64,000 nucleotides of DNA, taken from the NCBI GenBank assembly GCA_964229355.1, contig CAXRDE010000005.1, positions 165,131 through 229,130 on the forward strand, written 5' to 3'. The notes below the pieces were generated by a model, which was given only the letters and a program-made list of their open reading frames with translations, had not been told where the DNA came from and did no database searches. This document shows, one piece after another, positions 1-8,572 of this stretch (its first letter is position 1; the number at the start of each line of letters is the position of its first letter). Made by a program: the position numbers and the translations under genes. The DNA comes from Candidatus Sericytochromatia bacterium. Its GTDB lineage: Bacteria > Cyanobacteriota > Sericytochromatia > UBA7694.

Positions 1-306
1 CAGGTAAGGCATTGCCGTCAAACCGGCAATCACAATCCAGGCAAAGGTCACAATAAAACAGGCTTCACGCTGACGCAAAGCCCGGGGGTTAAAGTGGGGT
101 TTTAAGAGAAAGAAGAGTCCCAGCCCCACGGTCAGGCTGGTGGCAATGGTCGCCCCAAAGGCGATTTGCCCCTGTGTTTCGCCATACAAGAAAGCAGTCA
201 CCAGCGGCAGTAAAAGTCCAATGCTGGCACAGGCTAAAATCAAGCCCATGACATAAAACACACTGGCAAAATGTAAACTAGAGTGTCCCCGTCGTTGCTC
301 GTTCAC
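1..306 (-). CDS. TrkH/KtrB-family potassium uptake protein, N-terminal part (partial, runs off window start)
   Basis: Minus-strand frame with no stop translates to ...NEQRRGHSSLHFASVFYVMGLILACASIGLLLPLVTAFLYGETQGQIAFGATIATSLTVGLGLFFLLKPHFNPRALRQREACFIVTFAWIVIAGLTAMPYL, which matches the TrkH N-terminus pattern (MHFR..I..GLL...L...AL.Y). Likely GTG start at 306 with GGAAAGAAGG RBS; alternative ATG at 250. Not in the ORF track because it is truncated. Confidence 0.6.
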   Translation of the reverse strand, partial: MNEQRRGHSSLHFASVFYVMGLILACASIGLLLPLVTAFLYGETQGQIAFGATIATSLTVGLGLFFLLKPHFNPRALRQREACFIVTFAWIVIAGLTAMPYL

Positions 307-360
307 AGCATTTGCCTTCTTTCCAGGAGTTTTGCTCCCTCACACAAAATCAACTCAAAC

Positions 361-395
361 AAAAAAGCTCCCTTTCTGGGGGAGCTTTTTCAAAA
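361..395 (-). terminator. Rho-independent terminator hairpin downstream of the minus-strand tRNA-Ser/tRNA-Arg pair (bidirectional by sequence)
   Basis: aaaagctccc-tttctg-ggggagcttttt: 7-8 bp GC-rich stem flanked by A-run on one side and T-run on the other, directly 3' of tRNA-Arg. Confidence 0.45.
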
Positions 396-470
396 GGCGC
401 GCCTGGCAGGAGTCGAACCTACAACCAACTGATTCGTAGTCAGCTACTCTATCCATTGAGCTACAGGCGC
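396..470 (-). tRNA. tRNA-Arg (anticodon ACG)
   Basis: Reverse complement GCGCCTGTAGCTCAATGGATAGAGTAGCTGACTACGAATCAGTTGGTTGTAGGTTCGACTCCTGCCAGGCGCGCC. Cloverleaf with D-loop AGCTCAATGGATAGAG, anticodon loop CT-ACG-AA, T-loop GGTTCGACTCC. Only CC of CCA encoded. Confidence 0.85.
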
Positions 471-478
471 ATCTGAAG

Positions 479-568
479 CGGAGAGAGAGGGATTCGAACC
501 CTCGGTACCGCGATAAACGATACGTCTCTTTAGCAAAGAGGTGCTTTAAGCCACTCAGCCATCTCTCC
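479..568 (-). tRNA. tRNA-Ser (anticodon GCU)
   Basis: Reverse complement GGAGAGATGGCTGAGTGGCTTAAAGCACCTCTTTGCTAAAGAGACGTATCGTTTATCGCGGTACCGAGGGTTCGAATCCCTCTCTCTCCG. Long variable arm (class II), anticodon loop TT-GCT-AA, T-loop GGTTCGAATCC. Confidence 0.85.
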
Positions 569-595
569 TTGAGATTCAATCTCAATGTGGATTTC

Positions 596-624
596 ATTAT
601 AGCTCAGGGGCATGTGGGCCGCAA
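596..624 (-). promoter_or_regulatory. Candidate sigma70-type promoter for the tRNA-Ser/tRNA-Arg operon
   Basis: On the minus strand: TTGCGG, 17 nt spacer, TATAAT. The -10 element (plus coordinates 596-601) lies ~28 nt upstream of the tRNA-Ser 5' end. Confidence 0.3.
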
Positions 625-793
625 TAGGATTCAATGCAATTTGCTATACTGTTTTTCCAACAAGAAGGAGAAGGTATTTGCTTCGCTTACTTGCACACAT
701 TGTAACCCAGGAAGAACGTGTTGTCTACACATTATAAGACACTGATGCACCAGGCTTACCCAAAAAAAATCAAAGCTGAGACTCCCCTAAATT

Positions 794-1510
794 ATGTCCA
801 TCCGTCAGGAACTCCACTCTTTTTCTCAAGGACTTCACCGTAAAGAAGTCAGCATTTTTTTACTCAGTGCCGTTTTACTGACCTTACAACACTATCTGGC
901 CATGTACCCGGTATTGGCGAATTCTTTGAAACCCTGGGTACCCGCAGAGCAGTTAGAGATGTGGGGATCTTTGAGCTGGTGTGCCAGCATTTTTGTCTTA
1001 TACGCCCTTTTGCCTTCGCTGTGGATTCGCTTTTACGTTAAAGAGTCGCTATGGGATTATGGTTGGGGCTGGCAAAATTTGCATAAGCACCTGGGCCCCT
1101 ATTTGTTTTTTTTCGGCATCATGCTCGTGCCCATTGGTATTGCGGCCAACACCAGTGCGTTTCAAAGCACCTACCCCTTCTTTGATTATGTCAAAACCAG
1201 CTGGGCCCTTTTTGTACTCTGGCAGGCGGCCTATGCCTGCCAATTTATTGCCGTGGAGTTCTTTTTTCGGGGTTTTTTAACCTTTGGCTTGCACCCACGC
1301 TTTGGTAATTATGCCTATTTTATTAGCGCGGTGCCCTATTGCATGGTGCACTACAGTAAACCTTTAGGAGAGTCCTTAGGTGCAATTATCGCAGGCATTG
1401 TGTTGGGCCATTTGGCTTATAAAAATAAGTCCATTTGGGGTGGGGCTCTCTTACATTGGTTGATTGCATTAAGTATGGATCTTAGTGCACTGCTTTTGAG
1501 TCAACTTTAA
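794..1510 (+). CDS. CPBP-family (CAAX protease-like) intramembrane metalloprotease
   Basis: Multi-TM protein with the CPBP motifs AVEFFFRGFL (EExxxR) and later conserved His (HLAYKNKSIWGGALLHWLIA). Confidence 0.7.
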   Translation: MSIRQELHSFSQGLHRKEVSIFLLSAVLLTLQHYLAMYPVLANSLKPWVPAEQLEMWGSLSWCASIFVLYALLPSLWIRFYVKESLWDYGWGWQNLHKHLGPYLFFFGIMLVPIGIAANTSAFQSTYPFFDYVKTSWALFVLWQAAYACQFIAVEFFFRGFLTFGLHPRFGNYAYFISAVPYCMVHYSKPLGESLGAIIAGIVLGHLAYKNKSIWGGALLHWLIALSMDLSALLLSQL

Positions 1511-2930
1511 GCAACGCAAAAAAAACCTCAGGACGACTTATCCCAAATTTATCGCTGTAAAAAACGGGTTGCCAATAAACTTGCTCCCCGGCACGCAATG
1601 CCTGGAGCAAATCCTCCGGAAGCTCCGCCTCCCACCGGTAAGAAGTGACTCCAGCTTCCTGGGTTTCAGCAATGTGGGCCTTAATAGCCCACTGTCCATT
1701 GGGTAGCTGATAACGGGGGTTTTTCATGTTTGCTTGAAAAGGCAAATATTGCCGTCCTTTACGCTGATAAAACCCGACCACAATTTCAGGCGCCGAAAAA
1801 GGCGTGGCAAAGCGAACCGTTCCCGATAAGCGGTTCCCTGCGAACGCGTGCTGAAGCCAATCTCCCTGAGAAGACACAGAAGCCGCTTTGCGGCGTTCAA
1901 GCTGAGAAACGTCCACTTCAGACTCTGCCTGCTGCACCAGCGCTTCATCTTTTTTAAGTTTTTTCTCCTCGGTCACGGCATCATTTAAACGAGGAGACGC
2001 AGGAGCTGGCTTGGCCACCGGCGCCCCTGACCCAAACGCCTCAGTGGGTTCCGGTGATAGCCCCTGGGCTACGGGCGGCGTATTCCAGGCATCTTTGGCC
2101 ACATAAGCTTCGCGGGCAGCCCGGCGAAAATGCCGATAATTGACCCACCCAAACCCCTCTTCTCCCCATTGAGATCCCCAGGAGTTCATCACCTTAAAAG
2201 CCCGTTTGGCGTCATCATAGCCGACCACTACCACCGCATGCCCTGAACGGGGAGAGCCGTTAAATTGCTCCCAAACACCGGTTTGCAGTCCATAAAACCC
2301 CTTGTCAATCAACATGCCTACCATGACTGGATAACCCGCCTGCACCTGAGACTTGACTTCCAAAATATCTGCCACATTCACCTGACGCCAATAGGCAATA
2401 CGAAAGCGGCGCGCCTTTAACAGTTGAGCCTCAGAAGGCAATTGGGTAATATTGTCCGGTAAATAGGGCATATCGGCCCAGGACAACGCCCCCCGCTCAC
2501 GCAGGAGATTCAGAGCATCTACCAGGGTGGCCCCGCCATCTCGCCCCTGATGGATTTGATTATAAACAAAAGCAGGACTAAAAATATGCGACCAATGGGG
2601 CTTACCCTGAGACACGAGTGTATACCGCTGCTCCATTTTTTCTTGATAGGTTTTTACCGCGTACGCGCTGGCCCAGGCTGCACAAGAATTTTGCTGTTGT
2701 TGGTGACCCGGCGGGGGCATATGGCTGGCTAAATCCACGCGATGGGGTAACTCGTAACCGGCATAGGGCAATTCAGCCAGGGGAATGCCTCGCAGCTCTT
2801 CGGGGGGAACAAAGCGTAGCCCCTGCCCCCCGGGTGCCAGGGATGCGGACTGAATGCGCGGGGGAGTGGGTGGAATCTGAGAGGACAACAACAGACTCCC
2901 TAACCCCAATATCCAAAATCGGCTTCCCAT
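1482..2930 (-). CDS. Secreted papain-like (C1 family) cysteine peptidase with C-terminal extension
   Basis: N-terminal signal peptide (MGSRFWILGLGSLLLSS). Catalytic Cys context QQNSCAAWASAYAVKTY (QxxCxSCWAF-like) and His context GHAVVVVGYDD, followed by NSWGSQWGEEG (Asn/Trp region). Confidence 0.7.
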   Translation of the reverse strand: MGSRFWILGLGSLLLSSQIPPTPPRIQSASLAPGGQGLRFVPPEELRGIPLAELPYAGYELPHRVDLASHMPPPGHQQQQNSCAAWASAYAVKTYQEKMEQRYTLVSQGKPHWSHIFSPAFVYNQIHQGRDGGATLVDALNLLRERGALSWADMPYLPDNITQLPSEAQLLKARRFRIAYWRQVNVADILEVKSQVQAGYPVMVGMLIDKGFYGLQTGVWEQFNGSPRSGHAVVVVGYDDAKRAFKVMNSWGSQWGEEGFGWVNYRHFRRAAREAYVAKDAWNTPPVAQGLSPEPTEAFGSGAPVAKPAPASPRLNDAVTEEKKLKKDEALVQQAESEVDVSQLERRKAASVSSQGDWLQHAFAGNRLSGTVRFATPFSAPEIVVGFYQRKGRQYLPFQANMKNPRYQLPNGQWAIKAHIAETQEAGVTSYRWEAELPEDLLQALRAGEQVYWQPVFYSDKFGISRPEVFFALLKVDSKAVH

Positions 2931-2939
2931 GACGGCTCC

Positions 2940-4034
2940 TTAAGATTGTTGACTCACCCACATTTGATAGTTTTCAAACACAAAGGGCTGTCGCGCCTGA
3001 CGGAAAATCTGAATCGAGGTGCCGACAGGTACATGTTCATAGACCCAGTAAGCCCCGCCAATGTTCAACCATTCATTTTTTTCTTTTACCCATTTATTGC
3101 TTAAGCGCAAACAACCATGAGAGGCTGGCACGCCCAAATAATAAAGGTATGACTCTCCCGTCAGACCGTGATTACCGTATTCATAGCTATAACCCGGTAC
3201 CAAAATCGTTGTCCAAAAAGGCATCACCGACTCATACAGGGTGGATTTAGGAGACGCTGCCTTAACGCCCAATTTAAACGTTCCCGTGGGCGTAAGTTTA
3301 TCGGCGGTCGCGCTAGAGGTCAACAAGCGCTGTACCAGCTCACCTTTGTGCATAATTTGATAGTACTGACGTTGGGCACTCCCGCTGCGTACATCATGAT
3401 GTAAATTTACCAATACCGACCAATCATCTGGATTACGACTCCACTGACGCTGAAGCGGCCGCGGGAAAATCGTCGCTGGAAAAGGTTTGACATAGGCCAA
3501 CACATTGCGGGTAGGCAGCTCAGGGTTATCGGTTTCAATGCGAATGACCTTTTTGCCCGGCGCGCGAAAACGCAAATTAAAACGCTGGGATTGCGCGCCA
3601 TTGAGGGTAAAAGACAATTTTTGGGTCATCTTGTTCTTGCCCTGATAGTCCATATCTTCAAACACAATTTGTCCTTTGACAGGAAACTTACGCACAGCGC
3701 CCATGGCTTGCAAACGCAGCGAGGTATTTTGTCCTTCGACGGCCTCAGCCAGTGAAAAAGAGACCCTGGGTTTTCCTTTGCCCACAGGGGGCGTGGGACG
3801 TGGGCTGGGCGGAAGCGTGGGTGCAAAAGAAGGGGCCACAGTGGGTAAAGGTACAGGGGTTTCTTCAGGCACCGGGCGCGCTGAAGGGCTGCGCGCAGGC
3901 AAAGGGGTGACCGAAGGGAAATACTCAGGGGTCATTTCGGGTAAAATGGGTTCTTCATCGTTCTGAGCCAGAACAGGCAGGCTGACACACAACAAAGCGG
4001 TCAAAACAAAGGGTACAATGCAACGTGACATCAT
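2940..4034 (-). CDS. L,D-transpeptidase (YkuD domain) with Pro-rich N-terminal region
   Basis: Signal peptide MMSRCIVPFVLTALLCVSLPVLAQ. Pro-rich linker. YkuD catalytic motif YGNHGLTGESYLYYLGVPASHGCLRLSNKWV (H...GC[LI]R). Confidence 0.8.
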   Translation of the reverse strand: MMSRCIVPFVLTALLCVSLPVLAQNDEEPILPEMTPEYFPSVTPLPARSPSARPVPEETPVPLPTVAPSFAPTLPPSPRPTPPVGKGKPRVSFSLAEAVEGQNTSLRLQAMGAVRKFPVKGQIVFEDMDYQGKNKMTQKLSFTLNGAQSQRFNLRFRAPGKKVIRIETDNPELPTRNVLAYVKPFPATIFPRPLQRQWSRNPDDWSVLVNLHHDVRSGSAQRQYYQIMHKGELVQRLLTSSATADKLTPTGTFKLGVKAASPKSTLYESVMPFWTTILVPGYSYEYGNHGLTGESYLYYLGVPASHGCLRLSNKWVKEKNEWLNIGGAYWVYEHVPVGTSIQIFRQARQPFVFENYQMWVSQQS

Positions 4035-4117
4035 GAAAACAGGGCTCGCTTATCGTTAACTTTACATATCTTTAAGAGTCTTACATCATCTTATCAGAGA
4101 ATCAGGAGCAGACAGCA

Positions 4118-4342
4118 ATGGGATTAGGAATGGATACCGCCTATAAAATGGTGGGACCCGTCATCTTTGGCATGGTGCTGGGTTATTATTTGGATCAGGC
4201 CCTCGATACCCGGCCCTGGTGGATGCTCGGGCTTATTTTTCTGGGCATTGCCACCGGTTTTTGGAGCATTATTAAGCAGGTCTATTATCCAGAAGCTTAT
4301 GAAGAGGAATCCCCCAAAGATCCTCCCCCCCCAAAAGCGTAG
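4118..4342 (+). CDS. AtpZ/AtpI-like small membrane protein (ATPase_gene1 family)
   Basis: 74 aa, two TM helices. VLGYYLDQALDTRPWWMLGLIFLGIATGF matches the AtpZ consensus (lG..lD.wlgT.P.f.l.g...G). Confidence 0.45.
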   Translation: MGLGMDTAYKMVGPVIFGMVLGYYLDQALDTRPWWMLGLIFLGIATGFWSIIKQVYYPEAYEEESPKDPPPPKA

Positions 4343-4424
4343 CTTGTTAAGAAATATCCTTCGGCGAACTTGGATTTTTCAGGTTCTGTATTAGAATAGG
4401 TATAACAAAGCAGACGAGGCAATC

Positions 4425-7400
4425 ATGGCAAGATCAAAGATAACCAATGAAATTCTCCAGGAAGCTCTCATTGAGCGCCAACTGGTAGAAGCCAACGCCC
4501 TTCAAGAACTTCTTCAAAAACAAGCCCAGGATTTTCAAACCCACCAACATAAGGTCGCTGGCACCGCCTATGTCATCGATCTGGCAAAACAAACCTTGCG
4601 TCTTCAGCAACACCCATCAGGGGAAGTCCTTGAAACCTACGCCTTAAATGCTTCTCCCCAACGCTTCAACGTAGAAGACTGGGACAGCTGGGGCAGCCAC
4701 GTTTTATTGGCGGACACCGAAGAAGGACAGCGTCAAGAAGTCTTTGATCGTGAATTGGGCGCACCTTACGGTCTTGTGGTCACCGATAGCAAGGTATATC
4801 TCTATAATGAGGGCCGCTTAGACAGTGAGTATTTAGGCCTCTCTAAGCACGCTCTATTCGCAGGCGTCTACAAAGGGAAAACCGAACACGGCCCCTTTGA
4901 TCTTTACCTATCTCCCAATAAAAAATACCTCTGCTTGAGCAACCGGGGTGCGGGACAACTGCGCGTTTTTAATTTAGAGACACGAACCCTTTCTGAGCCC
5001 GTCGATATTCGTGCTGCAGGAAGCAACAGCACCCTCAACGTCGCCATTGATGAAACCAAAGGCCTCGCCTACATCACCGATAACCAAAGTGCAGGACTTT
5101 ATAAACTGCATTTAGAAACCCTTGAAGTAGAGCGACAACGGGTGGGTTTAGGCATCCTGGGCAATCTGGCCATGGCTCCCACGGGGGAACACATTTTCTT
5201 GCTGAGCATTAAGCCCAATGTAGGCCTGCATTATGTCAACACCACGTCCTGGAGCTCCGAAAAAGACATCAAGCTAAAAGGCGAGCTGTTTAAAGCCGAC
5301 AGCAGTGACGCCTGTGATCTGTTGAGCGTATCTCCTGGCGGCGAGTTTGTGATGGTCATGAGCTACTTAAACAGCCCGGACCCTTTTACCCCCGTGCTCA
5401 GCGTAATTGATGCCAAGCAGGTCAAAACCTTACGCCGTTACTCCTTAAAAGACGGTATCAAGCCTTATCAATTGGCCTATACGGCGACCAATGCCGTCGC
5501 ACCTTATACCCGCAGTTTAGAAGCCCTGGTTCTGGAAGCACAATTAATGGGTCCCCAGGCCATGTGGAATTTAAAACGTGATCTCAGAGCCCAATGGGGA
5601 GAGGACCCGGATATTGAAGAAGCTCCTCCTAGTCTTGAGACGGAAGAACCCGACGAAGATAGCACTGAAACCACTGACGAAGCCCCTGCCACAGAAGTCA
5701 CTGACGACAAGTCCGAAGAAGAGACTTTTCTGGAAGTGGAATATCAGATTATGGATATTGCCACCAGCACAGAGAACAACCCTGATGCGGACACCTTGAA
5801 TATCACCCCTAAAAAAACAGGGCACATTGTCTTGCCTCCCGAAGCCCGAGAAGAAATCTACGATATTTTACTCAGTACCTTTCAAAAGCAGGTGGATGAA
5901 GACATCAGCACCTATGAAGACGTCGTACAACGCCTGAGCGATGCCGCCGAAAAAGCGCGGGTAGAGCTTGAAGACTATGATTCCACCATCGTGCAATTGG
6001 ACGATCTGTTTGAGGGCCACGGCCTCAAAAGCGTCATTGTACGCGAAGCCATCGTCATGATGCTAGAACTCAAGGAATCGGTAAAGGATCAGGCCCGTCT
6101 GGTGCCCCACGAGTGCCCCAACTGTAACCAAAAGCTCCTGGGCAGCTGGGATTGTAATGTGTGCGGTTTTGAGCTTGAAAGCCCAGACCGCGCCAATAAA
6201 CGGCGCATTGCGTCTGCAGAACCCACCGCAAACTTGCCCCGAGGCCACGTGGTGGTGCCCGATCCTCAGGGGTTACGCATCTTACAGCTCAACCCCTATA
6301 AATACGTCAGCTGGAACTTAGATCCGGACCAGCTCTCCTGTGATTATCCTGTGGATACCCTCTGGATGCCCAACGACAATGTCATGGTGGTGGACAAAGA
6401 CGGCAACCAAATTCTTGAATTGGGCCTCCGAGGCAAGATCTTTTGGCGTTTTGATACCCATGCCAGCCCGTCACATCGCCTGGATGAGCCCGTTAAAATT
6501 ACGTACTTTTTTCCTGAAGACAGCGGCGATCGTCACTGGCTGATTGTAGACCAGGGGAACCACCGGGTCATCGAAGTCAATCGCCAACACGAAATCATTC
6601 GCGAATTCGGCGTACAGGGGATTCCGGGCAGTGAAGGCAGCAACTTACACAGTCCCAGTGATGTGCAGTTCACCCATAACGAAACCTATCTGATTACCGA
6701 CACCGGCAACCACCGGGTCATTGAGTATAAGAAAAATGGGGGCATTGAACAGATCTTCGGCAGTAAACTTGGGCTCAAATCGCCCACCGCGGCACTGCGT
6801 TTGTTCAATGAAAACACCCTGATTCTGGATGCCGGCAATTACCGTCTTTTAGAGATCAACCCCGGCGGTGAAATCGTATACGAATGCACCTACTACACCC
6901 CCGATATGGAAAAGGCCTTCCGGGTGGTATCCCCCATCAAAATGATTCGTTTGATCAACAAAGATATTTTGATCATGGACGAAGACAAGATGCTTCAGAT
7001 TATGCTGCCCGCTCAAAAGTTGGTGTGGCACAGCAAGATCGAAGATCTTGCCTTTCAGCCCAAGGTGGATGCCCCTGAAGTGGTCATTGACGCCGATGGT
7101 AACGAGCGTTTAGTGTATAAGGTGGTGGATCACGGTGAAATGCGCCCCGTACGCCTGGCCCAGAAAATTAACTTCAAGCGGATGCAAAAACTGATTGAAG
7201 CCCGCTTAAGGGGAGAAATTAACCCCGAAGAAAGCAGCGATGGCAAAAGCCACAATGCCGCCGACAAGCTGCGCGCCCTGATCGAAGATCGCAAATTAGA
7301 GTCCAAACGCACCCTGCGCCGTGAACTCACCCTGGACACCTTTCAGCCTTCAGAAATTTTCCAGGCAGAGGACACCGAGCTCAAAGGCTTGCGCCATTAC

Positions 7401-8570
7401 GCGATCGACAAACATCACAATGCGATTATTCGTATCAATCGCAAGGGAGAGGTCAAATGGCACTATGGTTTTGAAATGGGGCAAGCGCTGTCTCGCCCCT
7501 ACCACCTCACCGAAACCCGACGCACCCTGTTGGTGGCAGATACGGGCAATAACAGGGTGGTAGAAATTTCAAAAACCGACAAAGAAGTGATCGCCGAATT
7601 CAAAGGCCCCGAAGGAGACGCCCTGGGAGGCCCCCGTGCTGCCCAACGTTTGAGTTTTGGGCGCACCTTAATTGCTGACCAACGCAACAAACGTTTGGTA
7701 GAGCTCAACAACCGCGAAGAGATCACCTGGGAGTTTAAACGCATGGGGCAAATTTCATCGCCCCAATACGTCGAAGAGCTCGAAAACGGCAATATCCTCT
7801 TTGTGGACTCGATGCTCAACAGCGTTCGGGAAGTGGATCGCGAAGGCAATTTGCGTTGGTCCTACGGCAGTCGCCTCAAAGGCACAGGCCCGGGCCAACT
7901 GTTCGCTCCCGAGTTTGCCACCCGCCTCAGCAACGGCAATACCTTAATCGCCGACACCCGTAACCATCGCATTTTAGAAGTCACCCTGGATGGCAAAGAG
8001 GTGTGGCGCTATGAAGGCAATAAGACGTTGCGGCAAAAAATCCTCAACCCCACCCGCGCTGAGCGCTTAGACAACGGGAATACGTTTATTACCTATAACA
8101 ACGGGCGAGAGCTGGCGGAAATCTCGCCCAATGAAGAACGCGTCTGGTACTTCAAAATGGGCAACGATGTCTTTTTGCCACCCATTAGCAGCGAAAACCG
8201 GGGCAAAAAGCAAATGGTCGAAAAAGTTACGCCTTACTATAACCCCATCGAGAAACGCCTCATACGCTCTGCCGAAGAAAAAGCCATGTGGGGAATGGAA
8301 GCCCACATTACCCTGATGGAAAACTGTCTTATGAAGTCAGTACGTGCCTCATTGGTCCTTATGATGCTAGAAAAATCAGGAACGGTGGTGAAGACTTTCC
8401 CTTCCCCCGAAGAAATTTTGGCAGACAAATTTGGCAAAGAGATCATTATCTCTTTCATTATGGATCCCGGCAAAGATGCTGAAATCGTGGCCGAAGATAT
8501 CCGCTATATTGGCGAAGTGGAACAGGCGCAAATGGAACGCATTGTTTTTGAAGACACGGTTAAAGTTTGA
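4425..8570 (+). CDS. Large (1381 aa) cytoplasmic multi-beta-propeller protein with NHL repeats, acidic linker and zinc-ribbon
   Basis: No signal peptide. N-terminal coiled-coil. YVTN-like propeller region. Acidic low-complexity stretch (EEAPPSLETEEPDEDSTETTDEAPATEVTDDKSEEE). Cys4 ribbon CPNCNQKLLGSWDCNVCGF. At least 9 NHL-type repeats (DQGNHRVIEV, DTGNHRVIEY, DAGNYRLLEI, DTGNNRVVEI, DQRNKRLVEL, DTRNHRILEV ...). Confidence 0.8.
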   Translation: MARSKITNEILQEALIERQLVEANALQELLQKQAQDFQTHQHKVAGTAYVIDLAKQTLRLQQHPSGEVLETYALNASPQRFNVEDWDSWGSHVLLADTEEGQRQEVFDRELGAPYGLVVTDSKVYLYNEGRLDSEYLGLSKHALFAGVYKGKTEHGPFDLYLSPNKKYLCLSNRGAGQLRVFNLETRTLSEPVDIRAAGSNSTLNVAIDETKGLAYITDNQSAGLYKLHLETLEVERQRVGLGILGNLAMAPTGEHIFLLSIKPNVGLHYVNTTSWSSEKDIKLKGELFKADSSDACDLLSVSPGGEFVMVMSYLNSPDPFTPVLSVIDAKQVKTLRRYSLKDGIKPYQLAYTATNAVAPYTRSLEALVLEAQLMGPQAMWNLKRDLRAQWGEDPDIEEAPPSLETEEPDEDSTETTDEAPATEVTDDKSEEETFLEVEYQIMDIATSTENNPDADTLNITPKKTGHIVLPPEAREEIYDILLSTFQKQVDEDISTYEDVVQRLSDAAEKARVELEDYDSTIVQLDDLFEGHGLKSVIVREAIVMMLELKESVKDQARLVPHECPNCNQKLLGSWDCNVCGFELESPDRANKRRIASAEPTANLPRGHVVVPDPQGLRILQLNPYKYVSWNLDPDQLSCDYPVDTLWMPNDNVMVVDKDGNQILELGLRGKIFWRFDTHASPSHRLDEPVKITYFFPEDSGDRHWLIVDQGNHRVIEVNRQHEIIREFGVQGIPGSEGSNLHSPSDVQFTHNETYLITDTGNHRVIEYKKNGGIEQIFGSKLGLKSPTAALRLFNENTLILDAGNYRLLEINPGGEIVYECTYYTPDMEKAFRVVSPIKMIRLINKDILIMDEDKMLQIMLPAQKLVWHSKIEDLAFQPKVDAPEVVIDADGNERLVYKVVDHGEMRPVRLAQKINFKRMQKLIEARLRGEINPEESSDGKSHNAADKLRALIEDRKLESKRTLRRELTLDTFQPSEIFQAEDTELKGLRHYAIDKHHNAIIRINRKGEVKWHYGFEMGQALSRPYHLTETRRTLLVADTGNNRVVEISKTDKEVIAEFKGPEGDALGGPRAAQRLSFGRTLIADQRNKRLVELNNREEITWEFKRMGQISSPQYVEELENGNILFVDSMLNSVREVDREGNLRWSYGSRLKGTGPGQLFAPEFATRLSNGNTLIADTRNHRILEVTLDGKEVWRYEGNKTLRQKILNPTRAERLDNGNTFITYNNGRELAEISPNEERVWYFKMGNDVFLPPISSENRGKKQMVEKVTPYYNPIEKRLIRSAEEKAMWGMEAHITLMENCLMKSVRASLVLMMLEKSGTVVKTFPSPEEILADKFGKEIIISFIMDPGKDAEIVAEDIRYIGEVEQAQMERIVFEDTVKV

Positions 8571-8572
8571 GC

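Noticed and set aside
355-597. 80-aa minus-strand ORF from the six-frame track
   Set aside because: It lies entirely within the tRNA-Arg/tRNA-Ser genes and their terminator. The tRNA cloverleaves fully explain the region.
5504-8482. Numerous 60-116-aa ORFs antisense to or out of frame within the NHL giant gene (e.g. 5571..5825, 7499..7849, 8237..8473)
   Set aside because: They are embedded in a long, motif-rich ORF on the other frame or strand and have low-complexity Ser/Arg-rich composition typical of spurious frames.
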